Below are positions 30,576 through 39,961 of a DNA stretch of 64,000 nt, piece after piece. Origin of the DNA: an uncultured delta proteobacterium (GTDB taxonomy: Bacteria > Desulfobacterota > Desulfobacteria > Desulfobacterales > UBA5852); assembly GCA_963850465.1 (NCBI GenBank), contig CAWKLN010000044.1:37401-101400 (forward strand). The letters are read 5' to 3'. A model generated the notes under the pieces. The model was not told the DNA's origin and did not search any database. It saw only the letters and a program-made list of their open reading frames with translations. The position numbers and the translations under genes were made by a program. Numbering within the stretch: the first letter of the stretch is position 1; each line of letters starts with the position of its first letter.

Positions 30576-32885
30576 TTGACAGAGTTTTCTATGCCGGTTT
30601 CCGATCCTCTGCAGCCCAAAAAATTTTCCGGAATTCCCCTCAAGCCCTATTGGCACGGGTTTTCCCTTGATCGTCTGAAGCTGGGCGTCGATAACCTGCG
30701 CTACGACATTCACCTCAGTCCCGGATTCATCAAGGCCACCCGGCGGATGGCCCTGCATCTGATCGGCCGAATATCCGGCGTTACGGATCTGCCCGACTAT
30801 GAAAACGGTTTCAACTGGTATCGCGGCGAGAAGGAGTATAAGGGGCTCTGCCGCGACATCATCTCCGACGCCGTTAAACGTGCCAAGCTGGACAATGAAT
30901 ATCAGGTTCTGTTTCTGGCCAAAGCAGCCATTGCGATAACGTTTAAAGAGGCGGTCAACGACCGCTACAAGGCTTGCCTGCAGCATGTTACCAACCAGAT
31001 CTGGCGGCAGGAGATGGCCTATAACCAGGACCAGGTCAAACACCTGCAAGAAGCCCTTCAAATCATGACCCGTAACCGGGATACGACAACCCGCAACGCC
31101 AATGCGCGACTATTTCGATACCTGGCGGATGTCCTTCAGGACAGTATGAATGAGCTCTACGCCTTGCATTTCGGTCCGGAAGCGCTGCTTCCCGAAGATT
31201 TTTTCACCAACCCGCTCCTGCACGCCGAACCCCATACCAATGACAATTTTTTGATGGCCGAATATGTGTTGCTCGGCAGCCGACGGGAGGACGTCAACCA
31301 GTATGAAGCCTTTCTGAGCGCACTCAACGATTTTCTGGCCGGTCGCGACAGCCAACCCGAAATGGTCCCGCCCGAACCGCCCGAAGAAGGGATATCGCGC
31401 CCCTCCAGCGAATCGGATTCACATGATAGCGCAGGCCGAAGCCACCATGTTGCCTATACCGCCTGGCTCAAACAGGAAATCAACATGGATGCCCTGTTCA
31501 ATTACTACCGCACCGAGCAGATGCTCCGCCGTGATAAACAACGCCCTGCCGACAAAAACCGCATCCGCAAACTCAAACAGGTGACCCGTCTGCAAAAACG
31601 CCTTTTGTCGGCTTTGATGAAAGAATTCAATGCCCGGGAACTGACCCATATTGTCGTGGCCACCGAGGAAATGAAAGCCTTTTGCGACAACTACTGCCCG
31701 CCCCTGACGCCGCATGAGGTCCTTCAATATATCGTTGACCGTAAATCACGCAAACCGATTCGCGCCAAACTAAAACGCATCAAGAAAAATTACGGTGAAG
31801 ATTATTCCCTCCAGCCCATTCGCAACTGTCTCTCGCGGATTCGCTGGCTTCCCCGCCAGCAGAAGATGGAAATACTGCTTGATTTCGTGAAAACCTTTTC
31901 CCGCTATCATCGCGATGTATGTAATTACAACGTCATCAGCCACGCTATCTCCTATATCAATTTCGTCAATGACGATACGTTCCTGAAATTGTCCCGGACC
32001 AACAATTCACTCTACGAATTTCTTCTGCCCAATGAACAGAAGCCCGATGAAATGCCGATCATCCGCCACACGGTCCTGAAAGCGGATGTCCGGGGGTCAA
32101 CGGGTATCGTGAATGAGATGAAATCTCAGGGCATGAATCCGGCCACCAACTTCAGTTTGAATTTCTTCGACCCCATCACCAGCATCTTGTCACGATTCGG
32201 TGCCTTCAAGGTATTCATCGAGGGAGATGCCATTATCCTCTCCCTCTTCGAACATGAAAACCAGCCCCAGAACTGGTACAGTGTCGCAAGGGCTTGTGGT
32301 CTGGCCATGAATACCCTGCTGATTGTCCAACGCTACAACCGAAAAAACGTCGCCTCCCGTCTGCCGCTTCTAGAAATCGGCATCGGCATCAGTTTTTCCG
32401 CCAGCGCGCCGACCTTTTTCTTCGATGAGGACAATCGCATCATGATATCCCCGGCCATCAATCAGGCCGATCGCCTTTCGGGGTGTTTCAAGCCGCTGCG
32501 GGATCAGGCCGTTTTGAAACAATCGCCTTTCAACGTTTTTGTCTATGAAATCGCGGCCGCAGACCAAAAGTCCGCCGCCGGGCAGTATATCCGCTATAAC
32601 GTCAATGGCATTGAACTCAGCGACAATGCCTTCGAAAAATTGAAAAAAGAAATCCAGATGGAACAACTCGACCTGAAAGCACCGGGCGCGGAAGGGGAAC
32701 CCCACCAGCTTTTTGTCGGCAAGTACCCGACGGTTTCCGGCACGTCTCATCAACTGGTCATCCGTCAGGCGCCGCTCCCGATTATCTCGCTAAACGGTCT
32801 CAAGGTGACGGGATCCACCGGGCGTTACTATTACGAAGTCTGCACCAATCCTACCCTTTTGGGCTACATCAAAGACCGCCCATGA
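30576..32885 (+). CDS. Large uncharacterised protein with a divergent class III nucleotidyl-cyclase-like C-terminal domain
   Basis: 769 aa, visibly more AT-rich than its flanks. Residues ~495-640 carry TVLKADVRGST, FKVFIEGDAIILSLF, EIGIGISFS and SPAINQADRLSG. These match the order and spacing of the class III cyclase metal-Asp, metal-Asp, RIGI and NxAxRL motifs. The N-terminal ~490 aa has no recognisable motif or TM helix. The start may be the ATG at 30591. Confidence 0.55.
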   Translation: MTEFSMPVSDPLQPKKFSGIPLKPYWHGFSLDRLKLGVDNLRYDIHLSPGFIKATRRMALHLIGRISGVTDLPDYENGFNWYRGEKEYKGLCRDIISDAVKRAKLDNEYQVLFLAKAAIAITFKEAVNDRYKACLQHVTNQIWRQEMAYNQDQVKHLQEALQIMTRNRDTTTRNANARLFRYLADVLQDSMNELYALHFGPEALLPEDFFTNPLLHAEPHTNDNFLMAEYVLLGSRREDVNQYEAFLSALNDFLAGRDSQPEMVPPEPPEEGISRPSSESDSHDSAGRSHHVAYTAWLKQEINMDALFNYYRTEQMLRRDKQRPADKNRIRKLKQVTRLQKRLLSALMKEFNARELTHIVVATEEMKAFCDNYCPPLTPHEVLQYIVDRKSRKPIRAKLKRIKKNYGEDYSLQPIRNCLSRIRWLPRQQKMEILLDFVKTFSRYHRDVCNYNVISHAISYINFVNDDTFLKLSRTNNSLYEFLLPNEQKPDEMPIIRHTVLKADVRGSTGIVNEMKSQGMNPATNFSLNFFDPITSILSRFGAFKVFIEGDAIILSLFEHENQPQNWYSVARACGLAMNTLLIVQRYNRKNVASRLPLLEIGIGISFSASAPTFFFDEDNRIMISPAINQADRLSGCFKPLRDQAVLKQSPFNVFVYEIAAADQKSAAGQYIRYNVNGIELSDNAFEKLKKEIQMEQLDLKAPGAEGEPHQLFVGKYPTVSGTSHQLVIRQAPLPIISLNGLKVTGSTGRYYYEVCTNPTLLGYIKDRP

Positions 32886-33324
32886 GCGATAGGTCATTTC
32901 AAAACCGCTGATCGCGTTCGAGGGCAACGCGCATGTCGACCCGACGCGCAGCCTATGCGATGCATGGCGTGCCTTTTGTAACATTAGAGACACATCGCTT
33001 CACATAATAATAGAAGCGAAATTCCGCTTCGCGGCCAACGCTGCTATGGGGTCGCAGATGGGGCATTCAAAAAGGCCGCCGGCGTGACCCAGCCATCTCG
33101 CCCGGACGCCCCGCACGAGGCCATTGTTGAATAGTCCTGCAGCGGGACGGCCCCGCAGGCTGTCAGCTCCGCCAACCCCGTGTCGCCATGACCGACTGAG
33201 GGGCGGCGGGCAAGCCCCTCGCGTTGAATCATTCTTTTGACTTTTCCCCTGGAATTCACTATGCTTTGTTCATGAAGGGAACGGCGATTCCCACAGGATT
33301 TCCCCCTTTACCCAAGAGACTGCC

Positions 33325-33678
33325 ATGGGCGTTTTGGCCGGATCGGGATATTGCCCTTATTGCCGGGAAGAAGTCATGGTGGCCTGCTCGGCAGACCCCA
33401 AGCTGTTGCACCTGGCCCTCACGCTGCTCACCGGTGGTCTTTGGGCCATCGTATGGCTTTATTACCAGTTTCGCGTCCACGCTTGCGTTTGCTGCCAGTG
33501 CGGTCACGGCCTGTCGCGCGCGCAGATTGAGACGCTATTACAGCCGGCTCAGGAAACCACGTGGCCGTTTGACCTGCACGTCCGCAACCAATCGGATTTT
33601 AACGGCATTCTGGTCGCCTGCAACCTTGTTTATTACGTACCGACAAGCGCCGGTTATCGTCGGACATGTTGGAGATAG
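33325..33678 (+). CDS. LITAF-like zinc-ribbon membrane protein
   Basis: 117 aa. CPYC knuckle, ~21-residue hydrophobic stretch (LLHLALTLLTGGLWAIVWLYY), then a CCQCG knuckle. The C-terminal 40 aa is low confidence. Confidence 0.45.
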   Translation: MGVLAGSGYCPYCREEVMVACSADPKLLHLALTLLTGGLWAIVWLYYQFRVHACVCCQCGHGLSRAQIETLLQPAQETTWPFDLHVRNQSDFNGILVACNLVYYVPTSAGYRRTCWR

Positions 33679-33713
33679 GTGTCTATGGCGGACGCAACCA
33701 GGGAGATGACCCC

Positions 33714-34040
33714 ATGAACCGAACTGCGATCCGGGTATGTACCGGGATTATCCTTATCACGATCCTGGGAAGTGCTATGAGCGCCGGGCATGTCTTCGCT
33801 GAAGAGCAGATTATCGAACCCCGCACGCCGCCCCCGAATCCCATGAATGTTACGGCGGACGCGCTGATCCTGCGGCCCGTAGGATTAGTCATGATTCCGG
33901 TCATGGGCCTGGTGTATTGCCTCAGCTATCCGTTCGCAAAAATGGCCGGCAATGAACAGGAAACCTACCAAAGCGTTCTCGGCGATACCATCGATTTCAC
34001 TTTTTATCGTCCGATGGGCCGGGGCGAACCCTTCGACTAA
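33714..34040 (+). CDS. Small exported protein with an internal hydrophobic hairpin
   Basis: The preferred start MNRTAIRVCTGIILITILGSAMSAGHVFA has a signal peptide and a GGGAGA RBS. The ORF track begins at 33666. Confidence 0.5.
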   Translation: MNRTAIRVCTGIILITILGSAMSAGHVFAEEQIIEPRTPPPNPMNVTADALILRPVGLVMIPVMGLVYCLSYPFAKMAGNEQETYQSVLGDTIDFTFYRPMGRGEPFD

Positions 34041-34228
34041 ACCTTCTGCGACGGATCAGGTTAAAAGGGGCAAGACCCCCTGTCAGGCCGGATGATGTCT
34101 CCCGGCAAACCGAGCGCTCGCACGCCCGGCCGTTAAGCCCCCCCTTGATCGATCGTCCTCGGCACGCTAAGATACGGTTCACCGCTACGACTGCGGACAA
34201 ATACACCACCATAGCGAAGGACGCCCGC

Positions 34229-34921
34229 ATGCCCCATAAGAAAATCGCCGTTGCGCTGACCAGTATCCTCGGCTTGTTGCTGGTCATGCCGGCCTGCCAA
34301 ACCAAGCATTCCAAAACCCAGACGCTTACCGGCTATGAAGTCGTCGATGTGCGACGCCTGGCCGTCATGCCGTTTCTGCCCGGCAACGCCGCGCTGAGCG
34401 CCGACGATCAGGTCCGGCCGGCCCTGGACTGCACCATGATGGAATTCTGCCAGGAGGTCAACGACGAGTTGGGGGCCAATGCCGCAAACGCCATGACCCG
34501 CCAGATGCAGCGCGCCATGGAGCTGGAGCTGTACGACAAGGTCGTACCGTTGACGCGTGCGGCCGAAATCTATGACGATTTGCCCCAGAATCGTATGGTG
34601 GACACGCCTCGCCAATTGGCTCAGCGCTTCGGCAAGGCCACCGGCGCCGACCACGTTATCATTGGGTCGGTCTGGCGCTATCGGGATCGCACCCCGGACA
34701 TGGGCGCCTCGGTCGCCTTTTCGGTCTATCTCCTGGAAGTGGACACAGGCAGTCGGGTGTGGCGCGGGCGCTTCGATAAAACCCAACAGGCGCTAACAGA
34801 CGATCTGCGCGATGCCGGTAGTTTTTTCACAAAAGGGGGCGGCCACTGGCTGTCGGCCGAAGAACTCGCCCGCTACGGCATTGCGCAAATCATGCAAAAC
34901 TTTCCGGAAACAGCAGAATAA
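34229..34921 (+). CDS. Putative lipoprotein
   Basis: The preferred start MPHKKIAVALTSILGLLLVMPAC has a lipobox-like VMPAC. The ORF track begins at 34145. Confidence 0.55.
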   Translation: MPHKKIAVALTSILGLLLVMPACQTKHSKTQTLTGYEVVDVRRLAVMPFLPGNAALSADDQVRPALDCTMMEFCQEVNDELGANAANAMTRQMQRAMELELYDKVVPLTRAAEIYDDLPQNRMVDTPRQLAQRFGKATGADHVIIGSVWRYRDRTPDMGASVAFSVYLLEVDTGSRVWRGRFDKTQQALTDDLRDAGSFFTKGGGHWLSAEELARYGIAQIMQNFPETAE

Positions 34922-34924
34922 GCG

Positions 34925-35584
34925 ATGCGAATTGCACTGATCGGCATGTCGGGTTCTGGAAAGTCGCTCTGGTCTTCAGTCTTGTCCCGCCACGGATTCC
35001 ATAAACTGGGCTGTGACAACGCCATCGGACGTCGCCTGGTCAACGGCGGCGAATTATCCGAGGGCTCCCTGGATCACATCGGGCGCTGGATGGGGTTTCC
35101 GTTTGAAACCGGTTTTGCACGGCGTGAAGCGCTCTACCTGGACTATGAAAAGGCGGTCATGGACCAATTCCTGACCGAGTTGGAATCCCGACCGGCGGAT
35201 GACGCATCGCCTGTGGTCATCGATACCACAGGCAGTGTGATCTACACCGGCAGGGCCATACGTCAGAGGTTGCGGCAGCAGACCGTGGTCGTCTATCTTT
35301 CCACTTCCGCCGCCTTTCGCCAGGCCTTACACCGGGCTTACGTGGCAAACCCGCGCCCGGTATTATGGCAACAGCATTTCCAGAAAAAAGCCGGAGAGGA
35401 CAACCCGTCGGCCCTCAAACGCTGCTATAAAAACCTCATAGCGGACCGTGATGCCCGCTACCGGCAATATGCCCACCTGGAAGTCCTGTGGGATCCAACG
35501 CCCGATCGGACTCAAGAAGTCGATACGCTGATCGCACCGGTTACTTCATTTCTGGAACAGAGGCGGGCGTCCCATGGGACCTGA
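34925..35584 (+). CDS. P-loop kinase (shikimate-kinase-like fold)
   Basis: 219 aa. Walker A motif IALIGMSGSGKS at the N-terminus. Confidence 0.55.
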   Translation: MRIALIGMSGSGKSLWSSVLSRHGFHKLGCDNAIGRRLVNGGELSEGSLDHIGRWMGFPFETGFARREALYLDYEKAVMDQFLTELESRPADDASPVVIDTTGSVIYTGRAIRQRLRQQTVVVYLSTSAAFRQALHRAYVANPRPVLWQQHFQKKAGEDNPSALKRCYKNLIADRDARYRQYAHLEVLWDPTPDRTQEVDTLIAPVTSFLEQRRASHGT

Positions 35585-36233
35585 AATACGCCGGCAGGCA
35601 ATTGCCGGATTGACGGGTGGCATTGCCTCGGGGAAATCCACTGTGGCAGCCATGCTGGCGGAGGCGGGCGCCCGTATCGTCGATGCGGATCGCATCGCCC
35701 ACCAGGTCGTATTGAAGGGGCAGCCGGCCTGGCGCGACATCGTTGAACATTTCGGGAAAGGTATTTTAAACCGCGACGGTCAGATCGACCGGGAAGCCCT
35801 GGGTACCATCGTCTTCAACGATACCGAAGCGAAAAAAGCCCTGAACGGAATTGTCCACCCCCGGGTTTTTGAAACCATGGCGCAGGAAATTCAGCGACTG
35901 GCCGAAGCGCATCCAGGCGACCTCGTAATCATGGATGTGCCCCTGCTGATCGAATCCGGCCGGCATGAATCCCTGCCGATCGTCATCCTGGTCTACATTC
36001 CCGAAATGCTGCAGAAAGACCGGCTCATGCGACGCGACGGATTGAGTGCCGCCGACGCGGCCGCCCGCATTCGTGCCCAGATGCCCATCGATGCCAAGCG
36101 GGCGCACGCGCACTACATCGTCGACAATACCGGCGATCTTGACACCACCCGTCGACAGGTGCTGGATATTTACCGGAAGATCCTTTCCGGTGCGCCGCCT
36201 CCGACGGCCTCTGCCCGCCAAACCCCGCCATGA
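35574..36233 (+). CDS. coaE: Dephospho-CoA kinase
   Basis: GLTGGIASGKSTVA P-loop. VDADRIAHQV and IVHPRV motifs. Confidence 0.85.
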   Translation: MGPEIRRQAIAGLTGGIASGKSTVAAMLAEAGARIVDADRIAHQVVLKGQPAWRDIVEHFGKGILNRDGQIDREALGTIVFNDTEAKKALNGIVHPRVFETMAQEIQRLAEAHPGDLVIMDVPLLIESGRHESLPIVILVYIPEMLQKDRLMRRDGLSAADAAARIRAQMPIDAKRAHAHYIVDNTGDLDTTRRQVLDIYRKILSGAPPPTASARQTPP

Positions 36234-36856
36234 TGGAAACATCCGGTATTTTGACCACCGGCATTGTTTTCGGACTGAGTGCCGGTCTTACGCCCGGCCC
36301 CCTGATGACGCTCGTTATCACGGAGACTCTCAAGCGGGGTGTTCCCGCCGGCATTCGCGTCGCCGTCGCACCTTTGATCACGGATCCCTTCATCATCGTG
36401 GGCAGCCTTCTGCTGCTGGCGACCTTTGCGCACGCCATGGTATTTATCGGTGTCGTGGCCCTGCTGGGAGGGTTTTTTATTGCCTGGATGGGGTATGAAA
36501 ACATCATGTTCTCCGGCGCAGAAGCCAGCCCCACAATCTCGCAGACCTCTCAACTGCGCACGGGCGTCGTCGCCAACCTGCTGAACCCCAACCCCTATCT
36601 ATTCTGGCTGACGGTGGGCGGTCCCTTGATCTTGAAGGCAAGCCGCAGCGGTATGCTTTCGGCGGCCCTTTTCCTGACACTTTTTTATGCTTGCCTCGTG
36701 GGGTCTAAAATTCTGGTTGCGGCGGCCGTCGGTCATTCCCGGCAGTTTCTGCAGAGTAAGACGTATATTTGGATCATTCGATCCCTGGGAATTCTTCTCG
36801 GGATCTTTGCGTGGTTTTTCTTCAAGGAGGGGTTGCGGTATCTGGGCTGGCTTTAA
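36230..36856 (+). CDS. LysE/RhtB family amino-acid exporter
   Basis: 208 aa six-TM protein. PGP-containing N-terminal motif (GLTPGPLMTLVITETL). ATGA overlap with coaE. Confidence 0.75.
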   Translation: MMETSGILTTGIVFGLSAGLTPGPLMTLVITETLKRGVPAGIRVAVAPLITDPFIIVGSLLLLATFAHAMVFIGVVALLGGFFIAWMGYENIMFSGAEASPTISQTSQLRTGVVANLLNPNPYLFWLTVGGPLILKASRSGMLSAALFLTLFYACLVGSKILVAAAVGHSRQFLQSKTYIWIIRSLGILLGIFAWFFFKEGLRYLGWL

Positions 36857-37015
36857 CGGAAACGGGAAGGCGCCCACTGGTCCCAATACCCAGCCATAGA
36901 AAACTGGCCAGGCCGATCATCCGCCGAAGACTGCGGGACCTAAACGCGGTTTCCATTCAGGTATGCCGCGCGAGCGGTTCATTGCTTCAAAGCGCAACGG
37001 CCGTTGAGCAATCGC

Positions 37016-37438
37016 TTAGAGCGGCTGCCGACTCAGCAATTCGTTTATTTCCGCCTTTTCGTAAGAATCCAGCGGGCGATGATTGATCAGGGTTGCGGAA
37101 TTAGGACTCAGCCCCTGCTCGAGGAAATCAGCCACCTTGTTTTCCTTGAGATAAAACAGGCGAATTCCTTCCCGGGCCCCCTTGTTGTATTCATAGATGA
37201 GATCCGGATAGCCATGCGTTTGAATAAACGTGTTGACCGGCTCACGATACCGGCAGTTGATCATCAGCCGCTGGTAGCCGAAATTCTGGGCTTCGGCATC
37301 CACAGGAAGATAGATAGAACCCGAATGCAGTTTGGTGTCCTGGTAGTCAAGCCAGGCACAGCCGCCCGGCAGGAACAGAACAACCACTGCCAGAACCCAG
37401 GCAATTCGTCGTCTCACAGCAGGATACCTCCCTCGCAT
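37016..37438 (-). CDS. Putative lipoprotein
   Basis: The preferred start MRGRYPAVRRRIAWVLAVVVLFLPGGC has a lipobox LPGGC. The ORF track extends to 37516. Confidence 0.5.
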   Translation of the reverse strand: MRGRYPAVRRRIAWVLAVVVLFLPGGCAWLDYQDTKLHSGSIYLPVDAEAQNFGYQRLMINCRYREPVNTFIQTHGYPDLIYEYNKGAREGIRLFYLKENKVADFLEQGLSPNSATLINHRPLDSYEKAEINELLSRQPL

Positions 37439-37674
37439 AGATCGATGGTTGTATGCAAAATTATTTGGGTCAATTCTATCCGCACCCATTGCCCATATGG
37501 AGATGCTCGCCGCCATGGCAGACTATAACGATCAGGCCCGCGTGGAATCAACGGATCGATGCGTCCCCGACCACCAGAATTGATCGACCATAGCACGGAT
37601 TGCGCCCGGACGAAATAAGACCGCGGCATGGGGATTCGCCGCCGCTCATTTTCAGCGATCCCCGGCGCGATTCT

Positions 37675-38133
37675 TTAACCCGCCTCTTGTTTGAGTTCCT
37701 CCAGCAGATAGCGCGCCAACAGGTAGGCGTTTTTTTGATACGAAAATCGGGGGGTCAAAACCGGGCGTTGGTCTTTGGAAAATTGACGAAGGATCACCGG
37801 CGCGACAACCGTGACATCTGTTTGGGGATAGAGTTGAAGAAGACCTTCGAGCTTAAATGTGGTGCCGCCGGAAGCAAAATTCCCGATTTTTTTACGCTGC
37901 ACGATGGCGATGCGGTCCGGTCGCTTACGCTCAAAGATCGCATGCGCGCATCGGCAGAAACGGCGCACCTCTCCGGGGTCATCTTCGTCCTCGATCTTGA
38001 TCTGGGTGTGTTTACCGGTAACATCCTCGATCGTTTCCCCTGTTTGGCGAAGAAACACAAAAATAGCCCGACGCGCGGAAATATCAATCCCGCAACTGAT
38101 CGGACCGCCTGCTGACATGTCCGTCATCCCCAT
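37675..38133 (-). CDS. DUF3010-like hypothetical protein
   Basis: 152 aa. The GIDIS..FVFL N-terminus and KIGNFASGGTTFKLEGLLQL segment resemble my recollection of the DUF3010 family (KGKFAGGAVGFKMEAALQL). Confidence 0.45.
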   Translation of the reverse strand: MGMTDMSAGGPISCGIDISARRAIFVFLRQTGETIEDVTGKHTQIKIEDEDDPGEVRRFCRCAHAIFERKRPDRIAIVQRKKIGNFASGGTTFKLEGLLQLYPQTDVTVVAPVILRQFSKDQRPVLTPRFSYQKNAYLLARYLLEELKQEAG

Positions 38134-38221
38134 TACCCTTCCCTATTAGAAAATCATCCCGGCCTGACCGACCACACCGAGGCCACCGCACACCATACGG
38201 CACAATGCGTGACGGGCGACG

Positions 38222-38791
38222 TCAGGGACGCTTGCGGCTTTGCCCGCCGACCAGCGCGCCGGCAATCAAGTGCGCGCACCGCAAGGGTTCCGGTATCCGG
38301 CTGTGGATCGACCAGCGCGCCAGGATGTCTCCCGCCTGGGCCCGCGTCAATCCAACCCGCTGAATATAAACATCCCCGACCGGCTCCATGGCGCCCAGGG
38401 ATTCCATCACCGTCCATTTCGCCCGACCGTCCGGCACGTGCCGCTCAAGTGCCCGACGAATGGCGCCCATATCCGGTGCGCGCCGTGCGACCACCAGGAT
38501 GGGTCGCTTCAGGCGCTCATGAAGATCGAAAACGTCGACCACGTTAAATCCGCCCATGGTAATGCCCTGCAGCATGATCAGGTGGGCATGCTGGTCGAAC
38601 TTGGAGGTTTGAACCAGAACCGCCAGTTTCGCGGCGGCATCACCACCGTCTTTTTCAATCGTGCCCATCAGGACGCCGTCCAGGCGGTGGTCGGCAAAAA
38701 CCGCGCCCACGATTTTAACGGGGCCCTGGTGGTTGCGTGGAAAGGGGGCGTCGTCAAAACCAATCACGTTGGAAAAGCGCCGAGTCTGCAT
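38222..38791 (-). CDS. DUF99/UPF0215 family protein (endonuclease-V-like fold)
   Basis: 189 aa. The N-terminal VIGFDDAPF motif is characteristic of DUF99. Confidence 0.6.
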   Translation of the reverse strand: MQTRRFSNVIGFDDAPFPRNHQGPVKIVGAVFADHRLDGVLMGTIEKDGGDAAAKLAVLVQTSKFDQHAHLIMLQGITMGGFNVVDVFDLHERLKRPILVVARRAPDMGAIRRALERHVPDGRAKWTVMESLGAMEPVGDVYIQRVGLTRAQAGDILARWSIHSRIPEPLRCAHLIAGALVGGQSRKRP

Positions 38792-38899
38792 CGGATTGTT
38801 TTAGTGTCCGCCGGGGTGAAAAGTCAAAATTTTTTCGGGGGTTCTGAGTTCGGGAGAAACCGCCTCGATAAACAGGTATCGAACATGTGGTGATCGCCA

Positions 38900-39763
38900 T
38901 CAGGTTGGCATCACACTCAGGGCGATACAGCCCGGTCCGGCATGCGCTGCTATGGTAGGGCCGACTTCGGCCATCTGGATGCCATCAACCGCGACCGGTA
39001 TCTCCAGCGCCAGTTGCGCCAGCAGCTGGTCCCGCTTGTCTTCTGCCGCGGCATGGGCAATCCAGATCTCGCAGGCGCCCCGGTGCCGACGGTAGTCGTC
39101 GTGCGCCAGTTGGGTCAGGGCGTCCAGCGCGGCGTCGTGTCCCCGATGTTTGGACAGGGGGATCAATTGCCCCTTTTTCATTCCAATGACCGGTTTGATA
39201 TCCAGCATGCCGCCCATCATCGAAGAAAAAAGATTGAGCCGGCCGGCACGCTTCAGCCAATAAAGATTGTCGACCGTAAAATACAAGCTGCCGTTGGATC
39301 TGAAAAATTCCAGGTCATGGAGGACATCGTCCAAAGCCAGACCGCGCTGCAGCATCTCGGCGACACGTTTGACAATAAGGGCCTGCCCGGCGGTACAGGT
39401 TCGCGTGTCGATCGAGGTGACCCGTTGGGGGGCATCGTCGAACATCAGTGGAACAGCGCTCTGAACAGATGTGTAGCAGTTGGACAGGGCCTTAGACACA
39501 TGCAAGGAAATCAATCGATCATAGCGTTCCAGCAGCTTTTCCAGGACGTCGGCGTATTCACTGGGCATTGGCGGCGAGGTATGGACCTCGCGATCCTCCC
39601 GCAGAGCCGCGATCACCCTGTCGTTTTCAATGGAAACCCCGTGAAGGTAGTCCTTTCCATCAATCACAATGTGAATCGGGACAACGTGCAATCCCAGTGC
39701 CTCCGCCATACCCGGCGGGAAATCCGCGGTGCTGTCCACGACGATACCAATCTGCGCCGTCAT
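38900..39763 (-). CDS. DegV family fatty-acid-binding protein
   Basis: 287 aa. The IVVDSTADFP N-terminus and overall length are typical of DegV. Confidence 0.8.
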   Translation of the reverse strand: MTAQIGIVVDSTADFPPGMAEALGLHVVPIHIVIDGKDYLHGVSIENDRVIAALREDREVHTSPPMPSEYADVLEKLLERYDRLISLHVSKALSNCYTSVQSAVPLMFDDAPQRVTSIDTRTCTAGQALIVKRVAEMLQRGLALDDVLHDLEFFRSNGSLYFTVDNLYWLKRAGRLNLFSSMMGGMLDIKPVIGMKKGQLIPLSKHRGHDAALDALTQLAHDDYRRHRGACEIWIAHAAAEDKRDQLLAQLALEIPVAVDGIQMAEVGPTIAAHAGPGCIALSVMPT

Positions 39764-39961
39764 ACCCTGTCATCCTTAGAAGTGAATCAAACACCTTGCA
39801 ATAGCCCACGGTCGACCTACCGATCTGACAACCTGCCGTTGATCGGCTCAGCTTTCAAGAAAGGTGATTCTCAACTATCGATCTGTTCGATAGGTTATCG
39901 CCGTGTTTCCGGTTCTCTTGAATATTTTCCCGCCACAACTCCCGACGCACCATTCCGATGA

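Noticed and set aside
33224-33709. 161-aa + strand ORF overlapping the zinc-ribbon gene, and the 71-aa minus ORF at 33044-33259.
   Set aside because: Their translations are compositionally odd (Ala/Arg/Ser/Thr/Pro-rich, no motifs). The overlapping 117-aa frame has a coherent CxxC-TM-CxxC architecture.
30576-34040. The idea that the cyclase-like gene and downstream small membrane proteins form a Pycsar-type (cyclic pyrimidine) anti-phage system.
   Set aside because: No cNMP-binding, TIR or other recognised effector domain lies adjacent. A 440-nt gap separates the genes. The cyclase-like protein is much larger than the PycC proteins I know of. It is kept only as a precedent for divergent specificity.
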